Source: Mytilus edulis (Eukaryota). Taken from it: 64,000 nucleotides of DNA. Below are positions 1 to 11,578 of the stretch, one piece after another. The notes beneath the pieces were generated by a model that was given only the letters and a program-made list of their open reading frames with translations, searched no databases and was not told where the DNA came from. The stretch lies in the NCBI RefSeq assembly GCF_963676685.1, contig NC_092346.1, forward strand, positions 34,410,001-34,474,000, read 5' to 3'. The position numbers and the translations under genes are program-made. The number at the start of each line of letters is the position of its first letter. The first letter of the stretch is position 1.

Positions 1-2549
1 TGCTCCTAATTGCATTTACAGTTTTGCATAGATGAGTAAATACTGGACATACATATCGAAAGGTCAGTACAAATAATCGAGAGAAAGGTATACTTATTTA
101 TCGCACTTGCAACACGCCGCATACAATGTACTATAAATTGAAAACGTGATCAGTGGAGCGAGACAAAAAGGAATTGTCAACAAAACCCAAACTCTGTAGA
201 TGTATCTCAAACTAGTATATTTTATATATTTCGTATTTTCTACGTCGATACATAATACTATATTTGACTTTGTATAAACATAAAAACAATTTCAAACTTG
301 TATATAATATATGATATTATTATTATTACTATTGGATTGCAATTATGACGAGCTGTCTTTAAAAATCTGCATATATGTAATTTGTATCTAAATGTATTCT
401 GCTCGACTTTAAATCAATACATTTGACTGAGAACACCAACCCCCATACAGAACAATGAAAAATCAATCAAATTAAGGAGAAACATGAGTAAAGAAAATGA
501 TAATTTAAATTCAACATTTAGGTAGGATGGTTATCGATTTATGCAACATTTCTCCACCGATGTTCAAACGCATACACCCTCTTGTTTATTTTAAGTAAAA
601 TGTTCCGTTTTTATCTAAATAAGATAAGATTAGGTGTAAGTGCACAAATTTTTTAAATTATTTATTTTTAAAGGGAATCAACTCTAACAACAAATCAAAT
701 GCCTGAAACTCTGGCATTTGATATTTCACGTAACGTTTTTAAAAATGTATCTTACCAACTGTCTGTATGACTATAACAAGCAATAGGAGGAAAACTCCGT
801 GTCGTGCCGCCATGACTCCGGCCGTTTGAGTGTCATGTGATTCGACATTGCTTATGTACCCCTAACAACCCACGTGTGAACAAGTACATTGATCCGAAAT
901 ATTGATGAATTCGGGTACGTATCTGTCAATCTAAGTCAATATTATATATTGTCCTTCCAATTTCAAAAAGGTTTCAAAAGAATTGGTGAAACAGGTTGTG
1001 CTGTTTACGCAGTAAAAATTAAATAAATCTGACAATAATTACACTTAAAGATTTTTGATTGTATCAAAATTTGAAAAATAGTTTTTATGTAAATTTTTTT
1101 TAATATGTTATACAAAATTATCAGCAAATTAAATAAAGTAACATGAGTTGGTACAGGTTACTATGATTGTATCTTCTAGTAGGTTATAGGCTATCTATAT
1201 TAAAATGCTACTATTTGTCAATCCGTCAATAGCAATTGAAACATACATCTCAAGTACCGTCTCATATATCTGACATTATCATTATTTATTGTAAACCACT
1301 ATAAGGCAATTGTTTCCAAAAATTGCATCTCCTTGTGTTGGATACGTAACACATGTTTTAATTGTGTTATATACAATTATATTTCAAATAACTGACATTG
1401 TACACCGACGCATGTTGAATTAAAATTTTGTATTGCCTCGGTTTTGTTCGAAAAAATACTTTACGAATTTACACATGTAGAAAAAGGCATACTGAAAAAT
1501 TATAATAAGTCTTAGTTTGATAATACTTTTAAAAAATGAAAATCCAAACAGTTTCTCAAAATTGAAGACTTAATTTTATTATCTTTAAAATCTGTATGAA
1601 ATGGATGCTTGTGATTCATTCATTATGTATTGCAAAACAGACATTCATGTCTTTGTCATTTTAGTCTCTTGTGGACAGTTGTCTCATTGGCAATCATACC
1701 ACATCTTCTTTTGTTTTATATTTGTTGGTAATATTTTACTCTTAAAATAATCAAAACGAGGAAACATGATTTGAAAAGAATTGAATATGGTGCTGATTCT
1801 GACGTTTGGAGCAGGGAAAAAAATCACTTAACAAAAGTCAATTCAGAAGTAATCATGTTCTTAAGAACATTCATTCTGTATTCAAATGGCTCTGATCTTA
1901 CAATGCATGCTTTTAAAAACCGCTTGGTCTTATGCGTTTTTGTTGTCTTTCATTTTTGCTAAGATAAATCCAAGCTTTTTACATTGTAGGTTTCCCTAGG
2001 CGATATAAACAAAGGGAAATTGAGATTCGGACGAAGCATTGGAAAAACAATTGCATTGTTGTTATTCAATGCTAGATTGAGATCGTCCTGGATGTGTTTT
2101 TAAAATATTACTAGACTGCGTTTAAATCAACTAGATAAAAAAAAAAATTGTGTTTTATGGAAATAAAAAGACAAACTCCTATATTATAAATATGTAGAAT
2201 GACAAGATACACTAAACACATATTTTTTTTAATACTATATATTTATTTTAATAGATTTTATGTTGAAAGACCAACTTTTTACCAACCAGAAAAGAAAATT
2301 GAGAACAAATAAAAATCTTCAGAAAATTTAACCTAGTATGTTGTCCTATATCTTTTGTATTAAACTTCAAATTATAAAAATCTGTATAATTCTAACATTC
2401 TTTTTATAAAATATATATCCGAATAAATTTTGCATGTTTCAACAGTTGTTCAATAAACCCCTTTGATACTCCATAGTGCTTCCCATTATCTTCTATCTTC
2501 TTTTTACCATTTAACAGGTCTATTTAACACACATAACAAATGCACATGT

Positions 2550-2684
2550 TCATGAATTACATGATGAACCAACCTTTCTAAACACTTCATCGGGAAGTTC
2601 AACATCGAAATCTTCAGAAGCCACAGCCACATGAGTTGTGTTGGCAGTAAAATTCATTGGACCGTCTTCCTTCTTAGGTTTCTT
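2550..2684 (-). CDS. Possible isolated coding exon of an unknown gene (KKPKKEDGPMNFTANTTHVAVASEDFDVELPDEVFRKVGSSCNS*)
   Basis: Minus-strand acceptor ttttaactttacag followed by 44 open codons to TGA; an alternative donor AAG|GTTGGT is possible. Locally higher GC. No partner exons found. Confidence 0.3.
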   Translation of the reverse strand, partial: KKPKKEDGPMNFTANTTHVAVASEDFDVELPDEVFRKVGSSCNS

Positions 2685-4908
2685 CTGTAAAGTTAAAATA
2701 AATATATTGTTACAATCATTTTTGTTGTATACAAAGCTTCTTTCCAGAAAAACAGAACAATGTGCATTCAGAAATGCATAGATTAATCATTATTGTTAAC
2801 AATGTGACTGGAATGGGCTTGAATTATCTAAAATTTTCATCTTTAACGACTACAAACTAATTTGAAGAAACAAAACACTTTATAGAGTCACCTTTATAAA
2901 ATTTGCAATTTACTTATTTTCAATTTGAATGCATAATTGCATTTTTGCCATTTGAATAAACAATTAAATGTACAATGTGCTATACTAGTCAATATTGTTT
3001 TATACATTTCCAAGGAAAATTTAAAACGGAAAGTCCGTAATCATTGGCAAAATAAATTAAAAAAAAGAATCACATCAGACAATCAGATATCAACTGGCAT
3101 ATTCATAAATTGCTGCAGGCATTTTATTGTGTAGAAAATTTAGGATTAAACCTGGTTTTATAGTAGCTAAACCTCTCAGTTGTATAACAGTCGCATAAAA
3201 CGACATGATATTGACAACGATTTGTGAACAAAACAAACAGAAATAATAGGTAAAAATGTCAAAAATATGGAACCAGCAGTCTATATTGTGTATAATCTTA
3301 ATCACTAAAAACAAACAAATGTGTGAACAAACAAAAGGAATACAGACGAAGCACATAAGCAAAAACGAAAGACAAGAAAAAAAAATACCAGGGCACAATA
3401 ACTTAAACTTCTATTTCTTGGTTTATAATACTGCATTTTTTAGCTAATTTGTAGTTTCTCTCTAAAGTGTTATCATAATTTTTTCTCAATAGCAATAACG
3501 TTTACTACAAACTTGATCTCTTCGATGTTTTGACGAAAAGAAGAACGCTATTAATTTCATATGAAAATGTTCTGGTAAAATGTAAATAACAAAAATACCG
3601 AACTCCGTGGAGTATTCAAACGGAACGTACGTAATCAAATGGCTAAATCAAAAGCTCAATCACACCAAACAAATGGATAACAACTGTCATATTCCTGAAT
3701 TGGTACGGACAGTTTTTTACGTACAAAAACGGTGGATTAAACCTGATTATATAGCTAGCTAAACTTCTCACTTGTATGACAGTCTTTGTAGAAAAAAGTC
3801 TAAACATAAAATTATACAAATAAATTGAAATAAACAGAGTCAGAATATAATGTTATTCTTTGTTTCATAATAAACCAAACGTTGGGAAAAGCAGGCTATA
3901 CATGTAGAGCTTTTGAGCAAGTTTTGTTAAATGTGGATATTTAATTGAATTCCTCGCGTATCAACCTATATTTATTTTTCTTCTGGCTGAAACCGCCACA
4001 GGAACATGTCTACTCTCTGTATATGATATATCAACCTAGATCAGATAAGTTCAGGGGAAAAAAACCAAAATAAGCGATTGATGAGAAGCAAGGCTAATAC
4101 TTTATAAATTGAGTTTTTAAGCAAATGCAAATACATCGAGAAGACAGCAAAAACCTATTTGCCGACGTAAGGAATCTATTGATTACGTTTATTGATGTTT
4201 TAGAGGGTTGCCACGTCTCACGCTTAATACTCGCTTATGTTCATGATTTTTTGGCGGCATTTTCCTTTGATCTATTGTTTTTTTCTCTTTGGTCTTTTAA
4301 ATTTTAGCCAAATGTACGCATTTGCTTCATGAAAAGTTGGCACAACTGTTTTTTTAAGAATCAGTATTGTTCTTTGTTTTGACATTACAGGGCAATCACT
4401 ATTAATTTCTTTATAGTTGTGTGTATCACATGATGATGTAAATACTCTTCATACATGTATGAGGCTAGAACAAAGAAGATATGAAAGAGAGAACTAGTAT
4501 TTATTGATAATTGTTTGTTTTACGTTCAGTGGCAAATATTTCATAAATGTTCAGGATGAGAACTTATTAATAATAACCATGATTATCAGTAAGTATGCTG
4601 TACTAGGGGTCGACCGGAATGATGGACTAGACATTTGGAATGTCGCTGGAAAATAGGGGTACATCTTACCCTTCCGGAGCACCTGAGATCACCCCTAGTT
4701 TTTTGGTGGGGTTCGTGTTGTTAATTCTTTAGTTTTCTATGGTGTGTCATGTGTACTATTGTTTGTCTGTTTGTCTTTTTCATTTTTAGCCATGGCGTTG
4801 TCAGTTTGTTTTAGATTTATGAGTTTGACTGTCCCTTTGGTATCTTTCGTCTCTCTTTGATAAAAATTTAGCCTTACAAAATGTCACCTACATATAAGGT
4901 CACACAAA

Positions 4909-5105
4909 GGGCCTCGGTGACCTAGTGGTCCACGAAGTTACTACTGTAATCACTAGCCAGTCAACACTGAGGTTGAGAGTTCGAACCCCGCTCGTACCGG
5001 TGCACTCGACTTCAATCTTAATTGACTACCATTGTCAGTTTCCTATCGAAGGTCGGTGGTTTTTTCCGGGCACTGGTTTCCCTCCACAAAAAAACATTTG
5101 CCGCA
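4909..5105 (+). mobile_element. tRNA-derived SINE with V-domain-like core
   Basis: A-box-like GGTGACCTAGTGG and B-box-like GTTCGAACCC, then GGTCGGTGGTTTTTTCCGGGCACTGGTTTCCCTCC, which resembles the V-SINE conserved domain. Confidence 0.6.
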
Positions 5106-5726
5106 TTGCGATTTGGATAATAGGACAGACAGATGCTCAATGTTGGTCTTTTGTTACGACCGTCCATAGAATCCTTGCCAATATGGAGCGTCTGTATGAC
5201 TGTTAGGGATGTATAAACACGCGGCCACGTCCGGTATGATGTCTGTCCAATATATCCTCATTTTCCAGAGGCAGTCTTAATTTTCTGTCCTTCAGTCCGG
5301 GCGATATCCTTTTTCAGGACCAACTTATTATATTAATTATTTAACTTAAATGATTTTTGCCCTGAACATGCATGAAATATCTGCCACTGGACGTAAAACA
5401 AACTTCAATTAATCAATAAAATTCCCTTTTAAGCAGATTGTTTAAATTTACGAAATAACTAGTCACACTCTCAAGCAATAAAGCAAAATGCTGTAAGACC
5501 TAGATTGCCTACTATTTATGGGAACTCTTACATACATGTACCAAACGAGTAGTGCTGTCTTTTCTATTTAATTTGTATACTTATAAGCGAAAATAAACAC
5601 ATGTTCTGATACCCGATTTTATGAACTGTATTTTTGATGTAAAGGGCTTGCACATGTGTTGCACTGTTGAGTTGTCCAACGTACTAAGGTGTCGGACTAA
5701 TGGGATGAAGAAAAAGCCTGTATATA

Positions 5727-5937
5727 ACTGACGAGGAAAGGTAACACACGGCCAGCGAAAGCTCCTTTTTTTAGAGCCCAGGTGGTCGTGTGGTCTAGCG
5801 GGACGGCTGCAGTGCAGGCGATTTGGTGTCACGATATCACAGTAGCATGGGTTCGAATCCCGGCGAGAGAAGAACCAAAAATTTGCTTTATTTACAGATC
5901 TAACATTGTTGGGTTGATGTTTAGACGAGTTGTATAT
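5727..5937 (+). mobile_element. tRNA(Leu/Ser)-like Pol III repeat, copy 1
   Basis: Head at 5776 GCCCAGGTGGTCGTGTGGTCTAG (A box), B box GGTTCGAATCC at 5850-5860, long variable-arm-like insert. The acceptor stem does not close, so it is not a functional tRNA. Confidence 0.6.
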
Positions 5938-6095
5938 ACATTATGTACACAGCCATGTATCACTATCATTGATGGCGATCCGATGGATACATCTGTTGTA
6001 GAGTTGTCACTGACTCAGACGTACTTATAATATATATAAAGTATTAGTCTTTGCTTCTCATCAATGGCTTATGTTGGGTTGATGTTTAGACGAGT

Positions 6096-6097
<2 letters not shown>

Positions 6098-6129
<32 letters not shown>
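6098..6129. repeat. (TA)n microsatellite
   Basis: Read directly from the sequence. Confidence 0.9.
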
Positions 6130-6131
<2 letters not shown>

Positions 6132-6466
6132 ACTCGTCTAAACATCAACCCAACAATGTTAGATCTGTAAATTTGCTTTCGCAAAATTTTTGTTCTTCCC
6201 TCGCCGGGATTCGAACCCATGCTACTGTGATATCGTGACACCAAATCGCCTGCACTGCAGCCGTCCCGCTAGACCACACGACCACCTGGGCTCTCAATAA
6301 AAGAGCTTTCGGTGGCCATATGTTACCTTTCCACGTCAGTTTTAATCTAGCGGCGTACTACAGTACATGATATATAAGGCATGAAGATGTTATTGTTACA
6401 GATCAGCTAAATTATCTATAGTAAAGGATCCTACAAATTAATGTAAGATACAGTCACAGAAAATAA
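6130..6466 (-). mobile_element. tRNA-like Pol III repeat, copy 2 (inverted relative to copy 1), flanked by (TA)n on both sides
   Basis: 6130-6341 is a near reverse complement of 5727-5937. (TA)n at 6098-6129 and about 6467-6482. Confidence 0.65.
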
Positions 6467-7386
6467 TATATATATATATATAAGTCTGAAAATTACTCCA
6501 AACAGTGTTAGAGTTAGATTTTCTACTGACAATTTTTTGTTCGTTCCTCAGTGGGATTCGAACTCACACCTTTGATACACTACAGCACCAATCGCTTAGC
6601 CTCATGTCCAGCGCTCTATATTTTTATATATAAAAAATCCGCATAGCATCAAACCCCAGGTCCCTCGAAAATGAAATTATATCGCGTCGAAATAAAAAAA
6701 AAATAGATCTTATTGCAAAGTGTCATTGATATTATAGCTTTTCTTAATTTTCATGTATTGTTATCAACATAACTGTATTTGTTTCAAACTTTCAATTTTA
6801 ATACTTATAATCTTTTATTCAAACTAAGATAATCGAAATGGAAAAATAGGTGTCATTATCTAATTAAGTGAATTTAAATCAAAATTGGCACAGAAAAAAC
6901 TTAACCATTTAATTATAAGAAAACGATTTTATTTAAATAATATTTTTAGTCAAACAAATTAAGATAGATGTATATGCATCCGATGATACCAGGTCCAAAT
7001 TAGTTACAGTGTTAAATTTGCAGTAGTGTGAATCAGAATTTGTGGTAAAAACAGAAGAAAAAAATACAAAATTTGATTAAAATCTTTTTGCTCTTGAATT
7101 TCAACAAAAATTGATATAAAGGTATACTACGTGTTTAATAAATGCATTGAATATTGTACTCAATACAATTAAATAGTCTTTTGAAAACATATGTATTTAA
7201 CAGTGGATAATTTGAAATATTGTAATAATGTATAATTAAATTTTGTTCGTCGCAAGTTATCTACTGGTAATATATTAACTAGAAATCAATTTAAAGTATC
7301 AATCTGTCGTTTCAATACAATATATGATAAGGGAAGAATCGAAGGTAGCCCACGTATTACAGAACAGATGTTACACCTTACTGGGG

Positions 7387-7393
7387 TATAAAA
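7387..7393 (+). promoter_or_regulatory. TATA box of the acidic secreted-protein gene
   Basis: TATAAAA about 90 nt upstream of the ATG at 7479, which lies in a strong Kozak context (CCACCATG). Confidence 0.55.
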
Positions 7394-7478
7394 TGCAGTA
7401 GTTTAGAACAGCAATTGCAAAACGGTTGTCTACCAGTCATATACACAACAACAACAATCCAGAAACATCTCATCCACC

Positions 7479-10400
7479 ATGAAGGTTTTCGTAATACTGT
7501 GTGCCTTTGCTGCTTGTATGTTTGCTGCCGGTAAGTCTCTTGTAACATTAGTTTTTTTTTAAATTCATTTCATGAAGTATTAAAATATTTTCTAAGATTT
7601 ATATTTTAATTTATCGATTTCTACTGATATTTTAGTTTTTAACAAGATACCTTTTCATACGTTTATTTGCAACTGTCTTAAGTCAGGAACATGTTCGGTG
7701 TGAGCCAAGACTCCGTGTTAAAGCCGTTCTTTGACCCCTAATGGTTAACTTTTACAGCACTCATACCACATCTTCTGGTATCTATTCAATTCTGATAATT
7801 AAATTTTCAATTTAAGCTACGCCAAAAAAATATTTTTTCGGAAGACCTGGTTAAATCATTTTTTTATATTTTTTTCATATTTTATTGCAACTTATATTAG
7901 ACAACTTATCGTTCGATTATTAGCATTATGGAGAGACAGCTAGAATGCAATTTTAAATCTAAACATATTAAAGGCTATGATAATTAATATAATCATACAA
8001 ATAGTTTAAAGATTGTTAACGTACAGTCACAAATATTTCATTATAATTCAATGCATATTAATTCACTAGATGTATTATAATCGCAATGAATATAGTAAAA
8101 AGTTTGAAAAACAAAAATCAATCATGTTTAAATAGTTATATTTTAATACTAAAGGTAGATATAATTTAACTATCAATATGTCCCGTAATTACATTTCATT
8201 AAAGTAGAGACAAAATGCATTTAAGAATCGAATGCTTCTTTTTGTAACTTTTCGTGACCGAAGTACATTTTGTATGAAGCGCGGAAGCGCTTCATCCCTA
8301 AAATGTGCGCACGGTCAACGCTTTTACAACCCTATGAAGTTACAAAAAGAACCAGTCACTACCTAATATTATAATTAAATTTTATAGCTAGGATCATAAA
8401 AACACGATTTTTATCAAGAAGTTACAAAAAGAAGCATTCAATACTTATAATTACATTTTATAGCTAGGATCATAAAAACACGATTTTTATCAAGTTTTTA
8501 TTGAATTTACCTGTGCACTTTGTTGTGAGACCTCGTGTCATCATGAATGATAAATCTTATTCTGTTATGAAGTTGATTATGAAGGAATAACGCGAGATTG
8601 CAGTGCAGTCATTCAGAATAACGTATTATAATAAAACATACATCTAATGTAATTATATTTAAATGATTCTAGCTACATGCCGATTACGCAATGTTATCGT
8701 CGTTATAATTATGTTTAAAACATTCTATTTATGACAAACATAAAGTCTTCATTAAAAACTAAGTTAGCTTACTCTTTTTTTTATTGGTGGTGTATTTTCG
8801 TTTTTGTTTCTGCTTGTCTGTGTCACAGTGTATTTTATGTGACACAAATATAAAAACAAAGATAAGGTTATTTATAGTGTATCTTATTTTTTTGTATGTC
8901 TAATGTTTTGTCAATAATAACAGTCTTATGATGAACCTGAGTTGAACTCAGTTCGCAAATTCTTTTATAAACACATTGTTTATTCAAGGTTCAATATTAT
9001 TTCAAAACTGTATAAATATGCTGCACACTTGAAAGGACAAATTACATACTCATTGATTGTCACGTGTCAATATTTACATTAATTTATGTAGCTATACACA
9101 TGTAATGTTTGCATTTTGTATGTATTTTCTTATGGTTAATATTTGCATTTTTGTTAGAAAAATAATAGTCTAATTTAAAAATTGATTTTAATAAATCTGA
9201 AAAGTAGTAAATTTTAACTTGAAAAGTGTTCGGCTAATTGTAATCTTAAACTATTGGTTTCAGAAAAGTTCTTTTATTTTTAAACAGAAAAAAGAAGTAA
9301 AATAAATGAAACCAGTGAAAGAAAATGGATAACAATAATCCATGTTGAATTCGACAGACATTAAATTTAATTGTATTAATTTACAGGTGATCCAGTGCCT
9401 GCGGTTGAACCTGCTGTGATTGATCCTCCTGCATTGGAGAAAAGCGGTATGGAAGATATTTATGTTCTTTATTTTAAGAATGTGCACGAAGCATCCACTA
9501 TGTTGTATTTGTAAAAATATTTCATTCGTTTTTGTCAAATTTTATCTTCGTTCAAAATGCTCAGACAAGTAACATTTAGTTTTTTGTTATTCAATATATA
9601 AAGTTATATTTTATCGTATCTATTTGTTTTTCCCTCTCGTTCGTATCGTTAATTATATCTATGCGTTCAATGTGACTTTCAATAAAAGAAATTAATTATA
9701 AAAGCTATATTATACTTGTTTCGTTTATGTTATATACGCTTTAGTTATGTATGTCTATTCTTTGTAAAATATGAATTTAGCAAAATCATATATAATTATC
9801 TTCATATTTTAGATGCCGTTGTGGTTCCGGACGCGCCAGCAGTAGCTGTAGAAGCGCCAGAAGAAGGTGTGTATCGATTGATTTAAGGTGGTACTCAACA
9901 CCTTGATTAAAAGTAATTTGGCTCGTTTATTTTTCATTTTTTTTTTCTTTTTTTTTTACAAAATATTTATTTGACCTTTTAACAAAAATATAAAAATTTA
10001 AAAAGTTTGAACCAACAATTTCATCCGAAAAATTTCATTTTGACAAACACTAATTGTGATTATTGGGAAGCTTAATATTTCCGTAACAATACAATGTGAT
10101 TAAAACGTTTATCTGATTTTACAGCGTTATCTCCCTGTACTAGTGTTAGGAACCACCTTAAACACATGTTATCAATCTCAAACCAGTTCTAAGAGTCGTC
10201 TTGCCCTGTTTCAATCTCATTATGACTTTGACATGAAAAACTGCTAAAAAACGGTTTGTTTTGTTTGATTAAGAGTTTTGTCAACAATTTTGTGTACCCG
10301 TACCCTAACCTTTCCGATTTCCATTACATTAAGTTGTGTTGATAACAAATGAGGTTTCCTCGTGTTTTATAACGTAACCAATATGTGATAGAATTGAGAA

Positions 10401-11578
10401 TGAAAACGGGGAATGTGTTAAAGTTAACCCTATCCGACGAAACAGCTTAAACAGCCGAATGCCGACATTTTCATATTTTACACAGCGAGAAAATCCCGAA
10501 CCCGGAAGCAGATGTCATGTTATATATCATATATATCTACATTAAATTAAGAAACATATTTCTCTATGATCACCTTAGCCCTCTCTCGTTCATTGTTGAT
10601 TATACTTATTCAATTTAATATTTGATGAATAAAACAACCGATTATTTATAACTTTATGTAAAAAATACGGAAGTTTATCAATTTTACCATATTTTTAATC
10701 GACGTCTCGGACTCATGCATATTAGTTTCAGACCTCCAATTCAAAACTTCTTTATAATCAACTATTTTTTTTTAATTTTTAGTCGCCCCTGAAGCACCAG
10801 AAGAAGCAAGCGAAGAAGAAGGTGTGTATTGTATAAACTTAACAAATAGTACCAATCTCATACCGAGGCTTATTGACGTCTTGAAATTGCAAGCATATAT
10901 ATTAGTTTTTTCCATGTCTATTACAGATTATACCTCTGACATGATAATCTTTTAGGTAGTCCAACCTCCGTAACGTGTGATATATATGACCTTATATTTT
11001 AAAATTATGGCGGTGCAATACTTTCTTTTATTTACCTTTTATTGGTCTTTGAAAGCCTATAATTGTTTCTACCGCTTCATTTGAACTCTAGTTGATGGTC
11101 TCCTTGGCTATCTTACCACATTTCTTTATTTTTGCATTCGTATTTGTACTGTTTCTGTATCTCATAGGAATGTTGTCGGGTGAATTATGAATTTGTAATT
11201 ATTTCAATTTTGTGTCCTTTATAGTTTTTTTATTTAATAATGATACGTCTGGGATGTTCTGCCAAGTTATAACGCAAATGAAAATACAAATTGCTTTGCA
11301 ATTTGATTCTTGTTTCAACATGTATAGTTCATATAAATATATTGATTTAATTTTGATATTCAGAGGATGACAGCAGTGAAGAAGAAGAAGAAGAAGGAGA
11401 AGAAGAAGAGGAAGAAGAAGAAGATAGTGAGGAATCATCATCAGAGGAAGAAGAAGGAGATGATGGAGAGGAAGAAGAAGAGGCAGAAGAGGAAGAAGAG
11501 GAAGAGGAAGAAGAAGAGGAAATAGAGCAAGAAAGTGCAAGTGAAACATCTGCTGATAATAGTGATGTAGTTGAATAA
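7479..11578 (+). CDS. Secreted, highly acidic Glu-rich protein (139 aa), candidate shell-matrix/biomineralisation protein; 5 exons
   Basis: Exons 7479-7530, 9387-9446, 9813-9866, 10783-10821, 11364-11578. All introns are GT-AG and phase 1; total 420 nt in frame. Protein MKVFVILCAFAACMFAAGDPVPAVEPAVIDPPALEKSDAVVVPDAPAVAVEAPEEVAPEAPEEASEEEEDDSSEEEEEEG...SADNSDVVE*. Hydrophobic signal peptide; AATAAA at 11624-11629. Confidence 0.85.
8186..8657. repeat. Palindromic non-autonomous element (Crypton-like architecture) in intron 1 of the acidic gene
   Basis: Inverted arms GAATGCTTCTTTTTGTAACTT / AAGTTACAAAAAGAAGCATTC around a central ATGAAGCGCGGAAGCGCTTCAT hairpin, with an internal partial duplication. 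Boundaries approximate. Confidence 0.45.
9887..10157. mobile_element. MITE with TTAA target duplication (Kolobok-like GG..CC ends)
   Basis: TTAA|GGTGGTAC...GAACCACC|TTAA, in intron 3 of the acidic gene. Confidence 0.65.

Noticed and set aside
5776-5870. Functional tRNA gene
   Set aside because: A and B boxes are present, but the acceptor and anticodon stems do not pair properly, and it is part of a repeated element.
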